Assembly: GCF_009914755.1 (NCBI RefSeq)
Contig: NC_060931.1
Length of the DNA: 64,000 nt
DNA from: the human T2T-CHM13v2.0 reference genome, Homo sapiens
Strand: one strand, 5' to 3'
In this document: one piece after another, positions 1 to 13,580 of the stretch
How positions within the stretch are numbered: the first letter of the stretch is position 1
Layout of the letters: each line of letters opens with the position of its first letter
Program-made: the position numbers and the translations under genes
Notes under the pieces: model-generated
Databases searched by the model: none
What the model was told of the DNA's origin: nothing
Seen by the model: the letters and a program-made list of their open reading frames with translations, nothing else

Positions 1-329
1 TCTGTGATCAGGTTGTTTTGGCTGCCTGTCTCTCCCCCTGCAACCCACTGCACAAGGTTCCACTGGCATGGAAATCAGTCTGTCTGTGTATTTCTGTTGT
101 CGATCTATCCATCTTTATCTATCTAATGATCTCCCACCTCTTTTCCAAAAGGATTTAAAATAAGTTTTAATAAAATTATATTGGACAGATATATCTATAA
201 TATATACATGATATTATATTCAATTAGATAATATAGATAAAATTATATCCAATAAGGTTAATAAAAGTAAAATGATTATAAATTTACCTGAAATACTCTT
301 TCCCAACCCCTCACTCCCACTCAACCACC

Positions 330-580
330 TACCCATCACACTTCTATTCATATTTTAAGACCCAACTCAAAATTCCTTGTCAATCTGATGCTTCTATGTT
401 GTTCTACCACTGTTCCATGTACATAATTTCATGATAGCATTTATTATATGATCTTATAATTAGTTTCATGTAAGTTTTCTTAATAGACTATAAGGTCCTT
501 GAAGGTGGGAACCAAGTTTTGCTCAAAGTGTCTGTCATGTATTAAGTACTCAAATAGTTATTGAATAAGTCAATGACTAG
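330..580 (+). mobile_element. L2 LINE 3' end relic
   Basis: Ends in TAAGTACTCAAATAGTTATTGAATAAGTCAATGA, resembling the L2 3' terminus (...GCTCAATAAATATTTGTTGAATGAATGA). Confidence 0.5.
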
Positions 581-1110
581 ATAAAATGAGAATCAAGGGA
601 AAGAAGAGGAAGCAAGTATGCTAAGTATGGATTGACATGTACTTCTGTTGCTGAGCATCAGATTTGATTCTGGAAGCTAGGGCAAAAGGTAAACACAAAG
701 TCACATGATTCTCATCATCAAAAGGAAAAGGCAAACACATTCTCAGGGAGGCAGTGTTTATGGCTATTTATGTCTGATTAACCTTTATTTGTTATAAGTA
801 ATATGCAATAAGTAATATGTTTTAAACTGATTTTTTTCAAGCAGAAGGTTCATAGTAAATAAAGTATATCTCCTTATTTAATAAGGGATGGCCAGGTTGT
901 CAAAGAGCTATAACCAGAATTTCCCAGTGCCACTGACAAAAGATCCCTAAATTTATTAAGAAATGTGACAATATTACCATGAAAATGCTTTTTTCTTTGT
1001 TGTTGATGAGTTAGTATGCCACAAAAGGAAATACATTCTAATCACCAATGAATGTAATTCACAGCAGCATTTAAAAAAATCATATGTCAAGTGCCTTCTT
1101 TTTCAGCATA

Positions 1111-1708
1111 TTTATTTTTTAAATTTAAATTTATATTTTAAACAACTAATAATAGTTGTGTATATTTATGGGGTACAGTGTGATGCTTTGAGAGAGATAT
1201 ATATATACACATACACATTGAGAAATGATTATATCAAATTGGTATATCAATCACCTCACATAATTTTTTATGGTGAGAACATATAAAATTTATTCTTTTA
1301 GCAATTTTGAACTGTACAACACATTAGCTATGGTCACCTTGCTGTGCAATAGATATTGAAAACTTATTTCTCTTGTCTAATTGAAACTTTGTACCCTTTG
1401 GTCAACCTCTTTCCATTCCTTTCCCCTTCTCCCACCTCTGGTAATCACCGTTCTAACCTTTATTTCTATGAGTTTTACTTTTTTGGATTCCATATATGAG
1501 TGAAATCATGTGGTATATGTTTTTCTGTGCCTGGTATATTTTAGCATAATGTCCTCCAGATTCATTCACGTTTTTGTAAATGACAGAATTTGCTTCTTTT
1601 TAAAGATTGAATAATATTTAATCATATATATGTATAAAAACACACTCATACTCTATTCTTGCATTGATGGACACAGGTTTGTTCCATATCTTGACTATTG
1701 TGAATAAT
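1111..1708 (-). mobile_element. L1MA-type LINE-1 3' end
   Basis: T-rich tail followed by antisense L1M 3'UTR (GTATATTTATGGGGTACAGTGTGATG...TTCCATATCTTGACTATTGTGAATAAT); probable TSD AGCATATTT at 1105-1113 and 1709-1717. Confidence 0.8.
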
Positions 1709-1729
1709 AGCATATTTGTTTTGAAACAT

Positions 1730-1935
1730 GTGGTTCAGTAAATAGAAGATGCATCTTGGAATCAAGCATCCTTAGGCTCAGTTCCTAGCTCTGCCATTTA
1801 TTTGCTATGCAATCATGGAAAAATTATAGTATCTCTGAGCTTCAGTCCCTCATCTGTAAAACTTCTATAAGCAGTGTATACAGCAGTATATGTCAAACAC
1901 ATAGGGATTTCATATAGTAGCCACTCAATCAATGA
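1730..1935 (+). mobile_element. MIR SINE
   Basis: MIR core CTCTGAGCTTCAGTCCCTCATCTGTAAAA and upstream CCTAGCTCTGCCATTTA. Confidence 0.7.
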
Positions 1936-2180
1936 TGGTTATTATCAAAGGCAAAAATGCAATTCTTCCCTGGTTGCCTTTCATTAGGGTATTTGAAACC
2001 ATTCTCTGTGGTTTAAGAGTGGTAAGTGAGGAGTGAACACCTTTCAGGTTGTTTCCCTGGGGTGGGTTGCCTTTGGCTGTTGCTTTGCTGATTATGGCCA
2101 AAACAATCACTGTCTTAGCACTCACCCTGGGGATGAGCCTATATGTCACCAACAGGGAACTGAACATTTTGTCTATCTGA

Positions 2181-2495
<315 letters not shown>

Positions 2496-3789
2496 TGATC
2501 AGGACAATCTTACTCAAGCTCTGAGTTCAAGGCTGAATTACCGCTTTCAAGAATTTAAGATATAAGACATACTAAAGTAGTCAGATTGTGGATTCATCCA
2601 TAGGGGTATTTTGCTTCTGCACCAAAGAACATTTTTTGAGGAGTCTCGAAAGGTTATGAAAATACCCATTATCTTTAGTAACTTTCTAGTAACCTATTAC
2701 CTATATATCTAGAATTGCTTTCTTTCCTCAGGGTTGGCTCCTTGCGACGGACAGTGACATATGTAGGGTAGAAAGAGCACCAAAGGATAAAAGGATATAG
2801 ATTTCCATCCCCAGTTTTATCTCAAGCTTTCTGCAGATAATGGGAAGCAGTCACCCAAGGCGCATAAGCTAGGGGTGCTTGAAATAGAGGTGATAATTGG
2901 GGTCATGTGTTTATTTGAATAAAGAAGAAGTGAAGAGAAAAATGCTCTGATCTGGTGACTTCTGATTTCCTCAGAAAATAGACCTTCAGAAGGAAAAAGC
3001 AAGGAGATATCTAGACACACATAGAAAAGAAATGATAAAGGTCTGCCTACAAGGAAGGCTACTAGTAACTATAATAATAGGAACCATTGACTTAGAACCT
3101 TCTGTTCCTGGTTTTCATTCCCTTTTAAAATCCTAATTTGTGCTAATCAGAAAAAGACTATTTAGCATCTATTTAGGTGCTGAAATTCTGTAGCTTCTCA
3201 TTTATTTTCTGTAAAGTTAAGCTATGCAGTTCTTCATCAATCACAAATATTTATTAATTGATTACTGCAAGAAAGGAAATGAGCCAGGTTTTGTAGTACA
3301 AACAAAGTAGCATATGGCTGCAGTGGACGTTTGTAGGATTTTTTTTTTTTTTTTGATGCTCAGTATTCAAGCTCCTTTTTACTTGTGGACATGCTCCAAT
3401 GTGTGGTTCTGGTGAAATGGAAGCAGAATGGGGCAGATGTCCCTTTTGTCTTACTCTTCTTGTATCTAGGGTATGAATGTATGATGTAAGCTGAGGTCAT
3501 TTCTCCCTTTGGTACTTTTATCCTGAAAACAGTGACCCAAAGACACAAAGACTGTTTAGAAATTATTATATGGTGGCAAAGAGAGTCAAGCAGCAGTGAT
3601 GTCCCCTGGGGCAGGGATGATGCGACCAGCAGCAGTATCTTAGCCAGATTGTTCCTATGGCTTGACTTTGACTATGATTCTTGTTTTGGAGTCTGATTCT
3701 TACCTGCTTTCTGAATCTGCTTCTTCAGCTTCCCTTTGATATTTTGCCTCAGTTAGCTAGAGCAGATTTCTATTTGTCAGCCAAGAAGT

Positions 3790-4105
3790 CTGACTGATGA
3801 AATGTAAACACAGCTCCTTTCTCCATATGTGTCTCTGGGATTCAGTCTATTTCCATCTTGTGACTTCACCGTTTCAGCCTGGCTTCCAGAGTTGCCACAG
3901 CAGAGAAAGCGAGAGTGTGAGAACTCATACTCTCTCTTAAACAGTTTGGCCCAGAAGCACACAAAGCACTTTTTCTCATGACTGTTACCCAGAATCAGTC
4001 ACATGACCTCACCTGACTGCAAGGAGTCAGGAACTAGATCCCTGTGTGTCTAGGAGGAAGAGGATGTTCACATATGGGTGGACATTAGTAGTCTGTGTCA
4101 TAGAC
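3790..4105. mobile_element. Old MaLR LTR relic (MLT1J/K-like)
   Basis: Motif CCAGAATCAGTCACATGACCTCACCTGACTGCAAGGAG typical of MLT1J/K/L LTRs. Confidence 0.55.
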
Positions 4106-4174
4106 AGTGTAGATGAAGTGGTAAGAGTTCACTAAAAGCAGAAAGTGTTGGAGGTTTAGAAGGTCAGAGAAAGT

Positions 4175-4732
4175 GTATCAGAAACAGCTTGAGTGCTTCC
4201 TCTGGTTACTCTGCACCAACATCTCCTGAACCATTAGTCTTAGCCACAGAGCCCAAGTGGTTCCAGCACCCGCTGCTACCCAATTGCTGGGTGGTCTGGG
4301 CTGTGTAGCTTCTTCTGCCACTTTTTGATTTGAGTGAAATGCTGCACAGTGATGTGTGGAATCTAAGTGGGTACCAAAGGGGCTGAATGCAGCTAACTGG
4401 AAGGGCTGGGAAACAGACTGCCTGTGGTTCAAACTTGACTAGTGGAAAACAGGAGTCAGGATGCAACTAGGCAGATACGTTCCCTTTTTCTTCCTCGTCT
4501 TTGAGGCATAGTTTCTCTGTAAGGTCAGTCAGTAGACCTGTTGTGTCTCTTCACGGCTCATTGTAAATCAGTGGCCAGCATGGAAATATTTCCCCTTTTA
4601 AGTTTTCCCATCTTTTCCTGTTTTATTTTCTTTCTCCCTCACTCTTATTGACCTAGGATTGTGTTCCCAAAGAAAACATCAGCACTTAATATGTGCCTCA
4701 GGCTGTGCTTTTTAGGAAACTCAGACTAACAG
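4175..4732 (+). mobile_element. Old ERVL-class solo LTR (LTR16/LTR33-like)
   Basis: Terminus CTCAGGCTGTGCTTTTTAGGAAACTCAGACTAACA resembles ERVL LTR 3' ends. Confidence 0.45.
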
Positions 4733-5329
4733 CAGGCTTCATGCAAAATAAATTAATATTATACACACTTACCTGAGCTTTAAAAATACTAATTATATGC
4801 AAGACTTACATTAAGAAAACTTGAAGAATAGAAGTTTAGTCTATTATAAATTAAGAGATAATGGTGTATTTTCAGAAAGCATTCCTTTCTGTATTTACCA
4901 ATCTTTCACTGTCAAGTCAGGAGAGGATGAAGAGTTTTAAGAACGTTGAGATCATAATAAAAGTTTACAACTTTCAAGTTCTCTGAAACTAAACTACATC
5001 GTTGTGAAGGTAAATCTAGTCACACCAGGGTAGAAGGTAGCACAGAACAGTGTGGCTATCAAAACAACAAATAGAATTTGTAATGCAGAGTATTTAATAT
5101 TCAGAAACAAAGCAAATAACTTAAGATACAAATAGATACAGTTAGGCAGGTGGAATAGAATCAAATCAGCCAACTTCAAAACAGTTGAATTGTTTGAGGA
5201 TAAACTTAAGTTTTACTGAGCTATATATGTTTGATAAACGTTCATATTATTCTATGAGGTTCTGAATGGGATGCATCTAGAAAAAAATAACTTCTACTGG
5301 AAACATGTCAACCTGATTCAGAATCTGGA

Positions 5330-6400
5330 AAGATATTAACAGAATATCATACTATAAGTATTTACTATCTAAAAGCTCTAATCAAGGAGCTTAGAAATCC
5401 ATTATCCTAGGCCTGAATCTCTTCCACAATATCTTCACTTCTGGTCCTTCTGCGTTTGCTTGCAGAAGGCTAATCATGGGGAATTTGCTTTCTCAATCGA
5501 AAAATGATTTCTGGGGTCATCGTGTGAGTGTGTGTATGTCTTAAAAGTAAAATTTGCCACCCTTTAACTTTAACTGATCCTAGGTCCTTAAACCAAACAA
5601 AAATGGTCTAATTGCTCTCCCATATGATAGTACTTAAAATACTTGAAGACAGTTTTCATATTTTCTCCGGGACTCCTGTGCTCCAGGCTAAATATCTACC
5701 ACTTCATCAATTACTCCTCTTATGATTTCGTGTTTTTGTTTTGGCGTGACCCATGTTGAGTTTCTAAGTGAAGGAGAATCCGTCACTTTCTCTGATTGAG
5801 ACATTATATTCTTCAAAAATGTAATGCCCAGAACTGAACACAGAATTTTAGGTATTGTGAGACCCATGTAGAATGGATAGGATTGTCAGTTCCTTTATTG
5901 AAGATTCCATACTTCCATTAATGCAATCTAAAATTACACTACTTTTCTTAGTGGCCACTGTTGACTGCAATAAAACATAGCCAGCTGCTAAACCATTAAT
6001 TTTTTCCCTTCTGTTGCTTCCCAGCCATACATCTTCCATTTTGTCCTTGTATTAATTTGTTTTGAACCCCAATTTAGTGCTTTACATGAATTGTTATTAA
6101 AGTTCATTTTATTTGATTCAGGCCATCATTAATGCCTATGGAGATTATTTTTTGATTCAGAATCTGCCAACTAAGATAGTTACTATCTTCTTAGATTTTG
6201 AACACAGGCCTTCAATGATAAGCAAATTGACAAGAAAGAACCAAGGATGACACTGTGGCATATCAGTAGATAGTGCAGGTTGACCTCAGCCTGATATTCA
6301 ATCAGTACTCATTGGGTACCATCATCAGTCAGTTAAAATGTGTAGCTGTACCAAGCTCAAGACACTTTATCAGGAGATTTGTTGAAATACATTTCCACTT
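5330..6400 (-). mobile_element. CR1/L3 LINE relic (RT C-terminal region)
   Basis: Minus-strand translation gives TVATKKSSVILDCINGSMESSIKELTI (CR1 AAAKKANAILGCINRSIxSRSREVI), SNKMNFNNNSCKALNWGSK (NKMKFNxDKCKVLHLG) and MKTVFKYFK. Confidence 0.8.
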
Positions 6401-6484
6401 GTTCTACCACTTTTCTATTGCCTTAGTGACATTCAAGAAAGAGAAGGCAGCTCTTGGCATCCTGCTTTATTCCAGGTACAGTCA

Positions 6485-7396
6485 GTGAGGCCTTGGTGTT
6501 CCCAGGTGGCCTGGTGTTCACAACTAGGTCTTGGTTTTCTCTTGTTGGATGTAAACTTCACAGAACATGCCCCATCAAATAAGACCCACTCTGTGACCAT
6601 GATGGATCAAGACAATGACTCTATAATCATGTTTGAACACAGACAAAACATTAACGTTGTCCATGTCTGATATGGTTTGGCTGTGTCCCCACCCAAATCT
6701 CTATCTTGAATTTTAGCTCCCATAATTCCCACGTGTTGTGGGAGGGACCTGGTGGGAGATAATTGAATCATGGGGGTGGTTTCCCTCAGACTGTTCTTGT
6801 GGTAGTGAATAACTCTCACAAGATCTGATGGTTTTATACAGGGAAACCCCTTTCACTTGACTCTCATTCTCTCTCCTGTCTGCTGCCATGTAAGATGTGA
6901 CTTTCACCTTCCATCATGATTGTGAGGCCTCCCCAGCTGTGTGGAACTGTGAGTCAATTAAACTTCTTTCCTTTGTGAATTACCCCAGTCTCATGTATGT
7001 CTTTATTAGCAGCATGAGAACAGACTAATACAAAGTCACAAGTTATCAAACCTTTCCCTCTCCTGCCTAATGTAATGGACTGTTACTTCTTTGGCAATTA
7101 CAGCTTTATCTTTGCTTTACTCTGCTTTTCCTATAGATAAGATTTATTGAGATACCTAATCATAGAATTGTCCCCACTGTCTGACAGAATCCAATCTAAA
7201 ATGAACTTACCCATCCCTAGAGCCTCCCCAAAGAACTCAAGCCCAAATTTTATAATAGGTTATTTCTAACACCATCTTACTGGGTGCCTCATGGTTTCCC
7301 CATAATGAATGTTATCCCATGCAGCAATGCATAATAAACCTAACTTAATCAACTACAGTTGTGTTTTTGGTAGTCTTTGGCTGGAGGCGTTGATAT
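6485..7396 (+). mobile_element. ERV1-class solo LTR (MER4-group-like), interrupted by THE1
   Basis: TGAGGCC start, AATAAA at 7333 and U5-like end GTCTTTGGCTGGAGGCGTTGATA; sequence continues on both sides of the THE1 insert. Confidence 0.5.
6668..7032 (+). mobile_element. THE1B/C solo LTR (ERVL-MaLR)
   Basis: TGATATGGTTTGGCTGTGTCCCCACCCAAATCTC...CAGACTAATACA, 365 bp; 5-bp TSD ATGTC/AAGTC. Confidence 0.92.
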
Positions 7397-8269
7397 CCTA
7401 TCAGAAAAGAAGGAAACAGTGTCCTACACAAATGCATACACACACTCTGTCTCTTAACAGATTTATTATTTTCAGTTTGGCTCTGGGGGTTAGACAGGAG
7501 TCACAGTCACAGAACCCTATTAGTGTTTTCTCCAGTTAGGATCCATAGTGGCCCCTGGCTTTCCTAAAGGAGGAGATGGCCTTGTCTCCCTCTGCACGGG
7601 CACAGCTCTGTTCATGTTGATTTGAGCACTAATAGTGGAACCCAGGGCACAGTCTATACTATGCTGGCCCTGTGTCCTCAGCAGAAGTCTTCTGCTTGTG
7701 TTGTTGTCACCAAATCCAATGATGCTTTCAATGGCATAAGGAAACTACTTAGCTTGTGGTGACTGTGGTGTCTGGCTCTGGGAGAGCAATTCTTCTCTTG
7801 AGTTGTGGGCAAGCCTGGCTCATGGGCTGAGGCCAAGGGTGGGATAGAGATAAATGCTTTTCTCTTCTCTGCAGTACCCAGCTAGAACCAGAGTCGCTGA
7901 ACCAGATCTAGCATTACAAATATTGTATTCATGTGTAGCTTGTATTCATTTAGTTTCAGGGAACATCAGTGTTTTCTTGGCACTGGATTCTATTTGCACT
8001 TAAAGCCTGTGATTTTTCTTTTTTGCTACCCGTTTACATACTAACTGTTGTCCCTTACAACAGACTTTATCTTTCCATTTAATTTAATAAATATTTATTC
8101 AGCAACAATCAAAGAGCTGTGAAATACAAAGATGAATGAAATATAACTTATCTAAAGAACTAGATAATCTAGAAAATGGGATGAGACATGTACATGAATA
8201 GCTGGGTGTTAATCTTTCAGCCAACAAATATTTATTAAGCAAATACTTGTTCAAAGAAGTTCAAAGGAG

Positions 8270-8500
8270 AATAATCTATTTATTGAGCACCTTCTATGTG
8301 TTAATACTGAATCAAGAACTTTTCCTTGGATAGCACCCTTAATTCTCAGAACAACGCTTTGAGATTGATGTTATCACTCAGTTTTGCAGAGGAGATAGCT
8401 GTGGCTGTGGTATAACTTGCCAAGATCCCAGGGCTAGTTACGTGTGAAAGCCTGGATTCAAACCCAGACACGGTGACTTTGGATCTGTGCCCTTAAAAAA
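8270..8500 (-). mobile_element. MIR SINE
   Basis: TTTATTGAGCAC...CAGTTTTGCAGAGGAG...AACTTGCCAAGATCCCAGGGCTAG...GGATTCAAACCCAG (antisense MIR). Confidence 0.75.
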
Positions 8501-8983
8501 CACTTATCATTTGTGTTTTGTTATTCTTAGGGTTCACAGTTGTTTGGGATGTTGTTGATCTCTGAGAACCTCTGCTTTGGGGAAGCTTAGAAAAATTGTG
8601 ATGCAAGTGGATGTTTTAGAAGGTGTTTGAATGATTTTTCTGTAGTTACTTCACCTAGGAGCACATGTGAACACACAGGCACCAGAGCAGACCCTGGCAT
8701 CTGCAGCTATGACTGTACTCTCGTTGTTCTATGTATTCTGTACAGTCTTGGGAGGTTATTTTTAATGCAACATGCCAGAGTGGCATGTTGAAAGAGCCAT
8801 AGTAACCAGCTAACAGTAACAGCAGGGCCTGCCAAGTAAAAGTTCCGTAAATCAGTCATAAACGCAGTTACAAAATCGGGCCCAGTGTCGTGTGCACGAG
8901 GGAGTGTCTCTGGAGAAGGCACAATTCATGCACAGTTTCATGGGATCTCCATGAAATTCCATGGGAGTAGAGAGCTCTGTGGC

Positions 8984-8986
<3 letters not shown>

Positions 8987-9014
<28 letters not shown>
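8987..9014 (+). repeat. A28 mononucleotide run
   Basis: 28 consecutive A, with no Alu or L1 body attached. Confidence 0.95.
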
Positions 9015-9016
<2 letters not shown>

Positions 9017-10219
9017 ACAGAAAGCAAAAGAGGCTTTCTAATGGGAAACTTGCTCCCATGCCATCAGGTAACTCAGAAAAGCTAAGGAAAAGATGCTCAG
9101 AGTAATGAATGCTTTAGATACAAAGTGTCCTCTTGTCTCATGTTTTTAATACTTTTGGAATCATTCCTTTTCTGCTACCACAGCCCACATTCAGGCCTTA
9201 ATGACTTGGTATACTGCAAAGCCTCATTGCTTTGATGTATCCTCCCTCAAATCCACCAAACGCAAAACAGTAATAATTATCCTAGGCAGAATTTTGAATA
9301 TCTTACTTATCTTGTGAGAATTTTACAAGGCGCTCCCAAGCACTACCAACCCCCACGAAAAATTCATAATTTGAAACACTAGAGGCTTTCTCCTATGATA
9401 GACTTATAGAAAACTCTTTGAGGGAGCAAGATGCTTTACTTGGGATTTGGAAATTGTGAGGCTTTGGGGTAAGGACTTTCTTGTCAGGCAATAGGGACAT
9501 CGCCAATGAGTACTAACAAATAATGTGTTGCATTTGAAAAGTCAGAGAAATCACCCTCACTGATTTGGCTCCCTGCTGTTACAGAAGATCTGGGCATAGG
9601 GAGCAGGTCATTCATGACTGACAGTATATTATACAAGTATAAAATACACCACAGGCAGGGAATTGGAGCATTGACAAACTTAATGCTCGATAAAAGAGTT
9701 AATCTGTGCTTACTGGAGTGGACTATGTTGCCTCTTCCCTTTGATGCCCCTTCTGATTTTACAAATAGCTGGCTCTCTCCTTGCTTACCTATTTGTTTAG
9801 AAATCACTATCCTCTTTGTAGAGGAGTGTTAGGTAGGGGAAGAAAAGGATGAGATAAACCCAAAGGGAAAACTTGGAGCAATGCCACCACCTGAAGAGCA
9901 ATTTTCATTTAGATAAAACCCCTCTGCCTATATAACCTCGGTTATGACCTGGGAAGATATGATTTAGCTTACAACTTTACAGAAATATTGGTACTGGTAA
10001 AATGAGGTGTGGCTGTGTAACCCGAAGGACTAGAGATAAGTTTAAGTGGAAAGCTCTTTCCAATATGCTTGATGAGGACGCCTCCCTTGATTGGGAATTC
10101 CCCACTTCGGGTGTTCTCCCAGAATGAGATTCTTATTGAACAAAAGGGAGTTATGAGGCTGATTTTTCTCTGTTGACTATGAATGTTTTTATATTTCAGG
10201 AATTTTAATATTTTACACA

Positions 10220-10808
10220 GTTTTGTTTCTTATTGTGGTAATATATACATAATGCAAAATTAACCACCTTAGCCATCTTTAAGTGTTGCAACTCAGTGGC
10301 AATTAAATATATTCACAGTGTTGAACAACCATCAGCACTAGCCATTTCCAGAACTTTTTCATCATGCCAAATAGAAACTCTGTACCCCTTAAACAATAAT
10401 TGCCCATTTCTCCTTTCCCTAGCCCTTGGTGACCTCTATTTTACTTTCTGTCTCTGTGAATTTTCCTATTCTATGTATCCCATATAAGTGGAATCACAGA
10501 ATATTTGCCCTTTTGTGTCTGGCTTCTTTTGCTCAGCATGTCTTCAAAGTTCATCCATATTGTAGCTTGTATCAGAATTTCATTTCCTTTTAAGGCTGAA
10601 TAATATTCCATTGTATGTAATATACCCATATTTCTTATCCATTGCTGGAGTTTTGGGTCATTTTCACCTTTTGACTATCATGTATAATGCTGCTATGAAC
10701 ATTGGTGCACACGTATCTGAGTCTGTCCTTTCCTTTCCTTTGGGTATATATCTAGCAGCGGAATTGCTAGGCCTTTTGACGATTCTATGTTAACTTTTTG
10801 AGAAACTT
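10220..10808 (-). mobile_element. L1MB-type LINE-1 3' end
   Basis: Antisense L1M 3'UTR motifs (AAGTGGAATCACAGAATATTTG, TTTAAGGCTGAATAATATTCCATTGTATG, GCTGCTATGAACATT). Confidence 0.85.
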
Positions 10809-11454
10809 TGGAGACTTGTAAAGAGAGTATAAATCAAAGAGGCAGACTCATTTCAGAGTCTGAGCTGGAACCCAAATGAGGAGTATTAATAGGATTTAGT
10901 TAAAAAAAAAAAAGGACTGTTGACCCTGATGTGAATCGTTTGAGTGGAGCGGTGGAGAGAGAAACCAGGCATATTTAAGATGGAGGAATCCTGAGCATGC
11001 TTAAGTGTTGTGGGAGATATGAAAGGGAGGGGACAGTCAGCAGAGTGAGGTCTCCAAGAAGGCAGGAAAAGGAGTTGCCTTGGCCTGCTTTGAGAATCTA
11101 CCTCTTTATAATGAGAGGCAAGGACAGCGTCAGGTGCAACCCAGTGTAACCAATCAAAGGTATTTACTGAGTTTGGCACTGTGCAGGAAGATAAAGTGAA
11201 ACACTACTTGGATTTTACCATAAATGACACAGTGGAAAGGCTTGAACCTCGAACCAAAAGTAGGGTAGAAAATACTCAATGTCACAAGGGAAAGGTAAAA
11301 AGCAGGTGTTAGATCCTCAGCAGAAGGACAAGGTACTTTCAGCTGTAGAGGAGGACAAATAACGAGGAAAGCCTTTGCCGCAGTGTAAACTATTCTGGAT
11401 GGGATTTGAGATCTGGATAGGCATTGACACCTGGCAAAGTGGGGGAAAGTTCAT

Positions 11455-11810
11455 GCTACCCAAACTGTATTCTACCACATACTTAGGTATTATATGAAAA
11501 GTGGGAACAGTGGTCAAATTAATTTAGAAAGTGCTGTATCTAGGAAAACCATATTGTACAATGTAAGACATTTTTAAAAGCTAAAAGGGACACTGGTAAT
11601 TATGCTGGGATAACAGGTATACATTGGGACTGTTCTAGGCCGACTGAGATGAGTGGTTATCTATACCACTTCTATACCATATTTTACCTTTGAAGATTTA
11701 AATGAACATTAGAATTGTAAAAGGTTCTGAGACTTACTATAGTAAGGAAACCTATTTTACGCTGGTTAATCCAGCATTTTCCAAATTTATTTGACCATGG
11801 AATCCCCACC
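11455..11810. mobile_element. hAT-type DNA transposon relics (Charlie-like ends, possible nested MER96-like element)
   Basis: 27-bp imperfect inverted repeat at 11510-11536 and 11772-11798 resembling Charlie CAGCGTTTCCCAAAC termini. Confidence 0.45.
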
Positions 11811-12929
11811 CTACTTCCCCTCCCCTTCCGAGGAGTATTTATTAGCACCTAATAAATACTCCAAAGGCAGAGAGATGAAAGAGATGTGGGGATCAGGGAG
11901 GATTTGGTTTGGCAGAAAGAAAGCAATGGAAGATGAGAAATGTGGGTTGAGCCATGTCTTAGTGGCTTTTGAGGGCCAGATTTAGAACTTTTACTTGATG
12001 AAAGCCTTTTCTCATAGCACCAAATGGTGCTGTGTGCCTACAACTCAAAAAGAATTTTGAAGAATCATGATTTTCAGGAGGATAAAATGGCATATTTTTC
12101 CTGGTTTTCCTACTGCTGTTCCTTCTTTAATCTCTGAGATTAGTGGAGACAAAACCCTCCAATTTTGGAGTTTTCTTCCATTTTTGAGGTATTAAGGGAT
12201 GAGTTGTAAAACTCCCATCTGAAGTCGTGTCTTCTTCTCTTAACCTGGTTTCATTCGTGAGGTCTAAAGGATAAAGGCATGGGAGAATGCCTAGGCTTTG
12301 AAAAGAAAAGTCATCTAGATTTCATTCACGATTGTGACTGCTATAACTTTAAATATAGATTTGAATGCAAAGAGTTAGCATGGTTACAGCAGCCTAGTAA
12401 TAAGTGAAGATCAATGATTATTACGTGACCACAGTTAGGCTTTTCTTAATTAGAGGTCGCATATCTGGCAACCTGGTTAACTGGACAATAGACAGGTAAG
12501 AAACAGAAGTTATTAAAAACAAACTTCTTGAGAAGTTATGGCACAAACTTTACATTGAAGGCCACACAATTCTCAGAAAAACTCATTATTTATAAAACCT
12601 TATTTGCACACACACTTCCAGTAAATTAAGTGAGCTAAATTTTTTGTACATGATAAATTTAAAGGCAAATTAAAAGGGAAGAAAAAATTAACAGTGGTAG
12701 GTACATTTAAGTGAAAAGAGAAAGTGTGAACTATAAAAATTCAAAGGACTAACATGGTGTAAGGTTCTGAAGGCATTTTAGAGGGAAAAAGTCCACCAAA
12801 TCTCAACTATTCTCTCTGAGGATACCATTCAGTTATACCATAGAATCATACTTATTTAAAAGGCTTATCTTTGACTCACCAAAAGATATTAAAGCATGTA
12901 ACATTACTCAGTTTAAGATGGCAAGAAAG

Positions 12930-13184
12930 GGCTGGATGTGGTTCCTCACTTTGGAAGGCTGAGGTAGATGGATCGCTTGAGGCCAGGGATTCGAGACCAG
13001 CCTGGTCAACATAGCAAGATCCCATCTCTACAAAAAATAAAAAAAGTTGCCAGATGTGGTGGTTTGTACCTGTAGTTCCAGCTACTAGGGAGGCTGAGGT
13101 GGGAGGATTGAGCTCAGGAAGTCAAGGCTGCAGTGAGCTGTGATCGTGTCACTGCACTCCAGCCTAGGCAACAAAGTGAGACTG

Positions 13185-13213
<29 letters not shown>
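12930..13213 (+). mobile_element. AluJ
   Basis: Dimeric Alu with J-type GGGAGGATTG...GTCAAGGCTGCAGTGAGCTGTGATCG, long A tail, 5' TSD copy AAGATGGCAAGAAAG at 12915-12929. Confidence 0.9.
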
Positions 13214-13217
<4 letters not shown>

Positions 13218-13222
13218 TGGCA

Positions 13223-13580
<358 letters not shown>

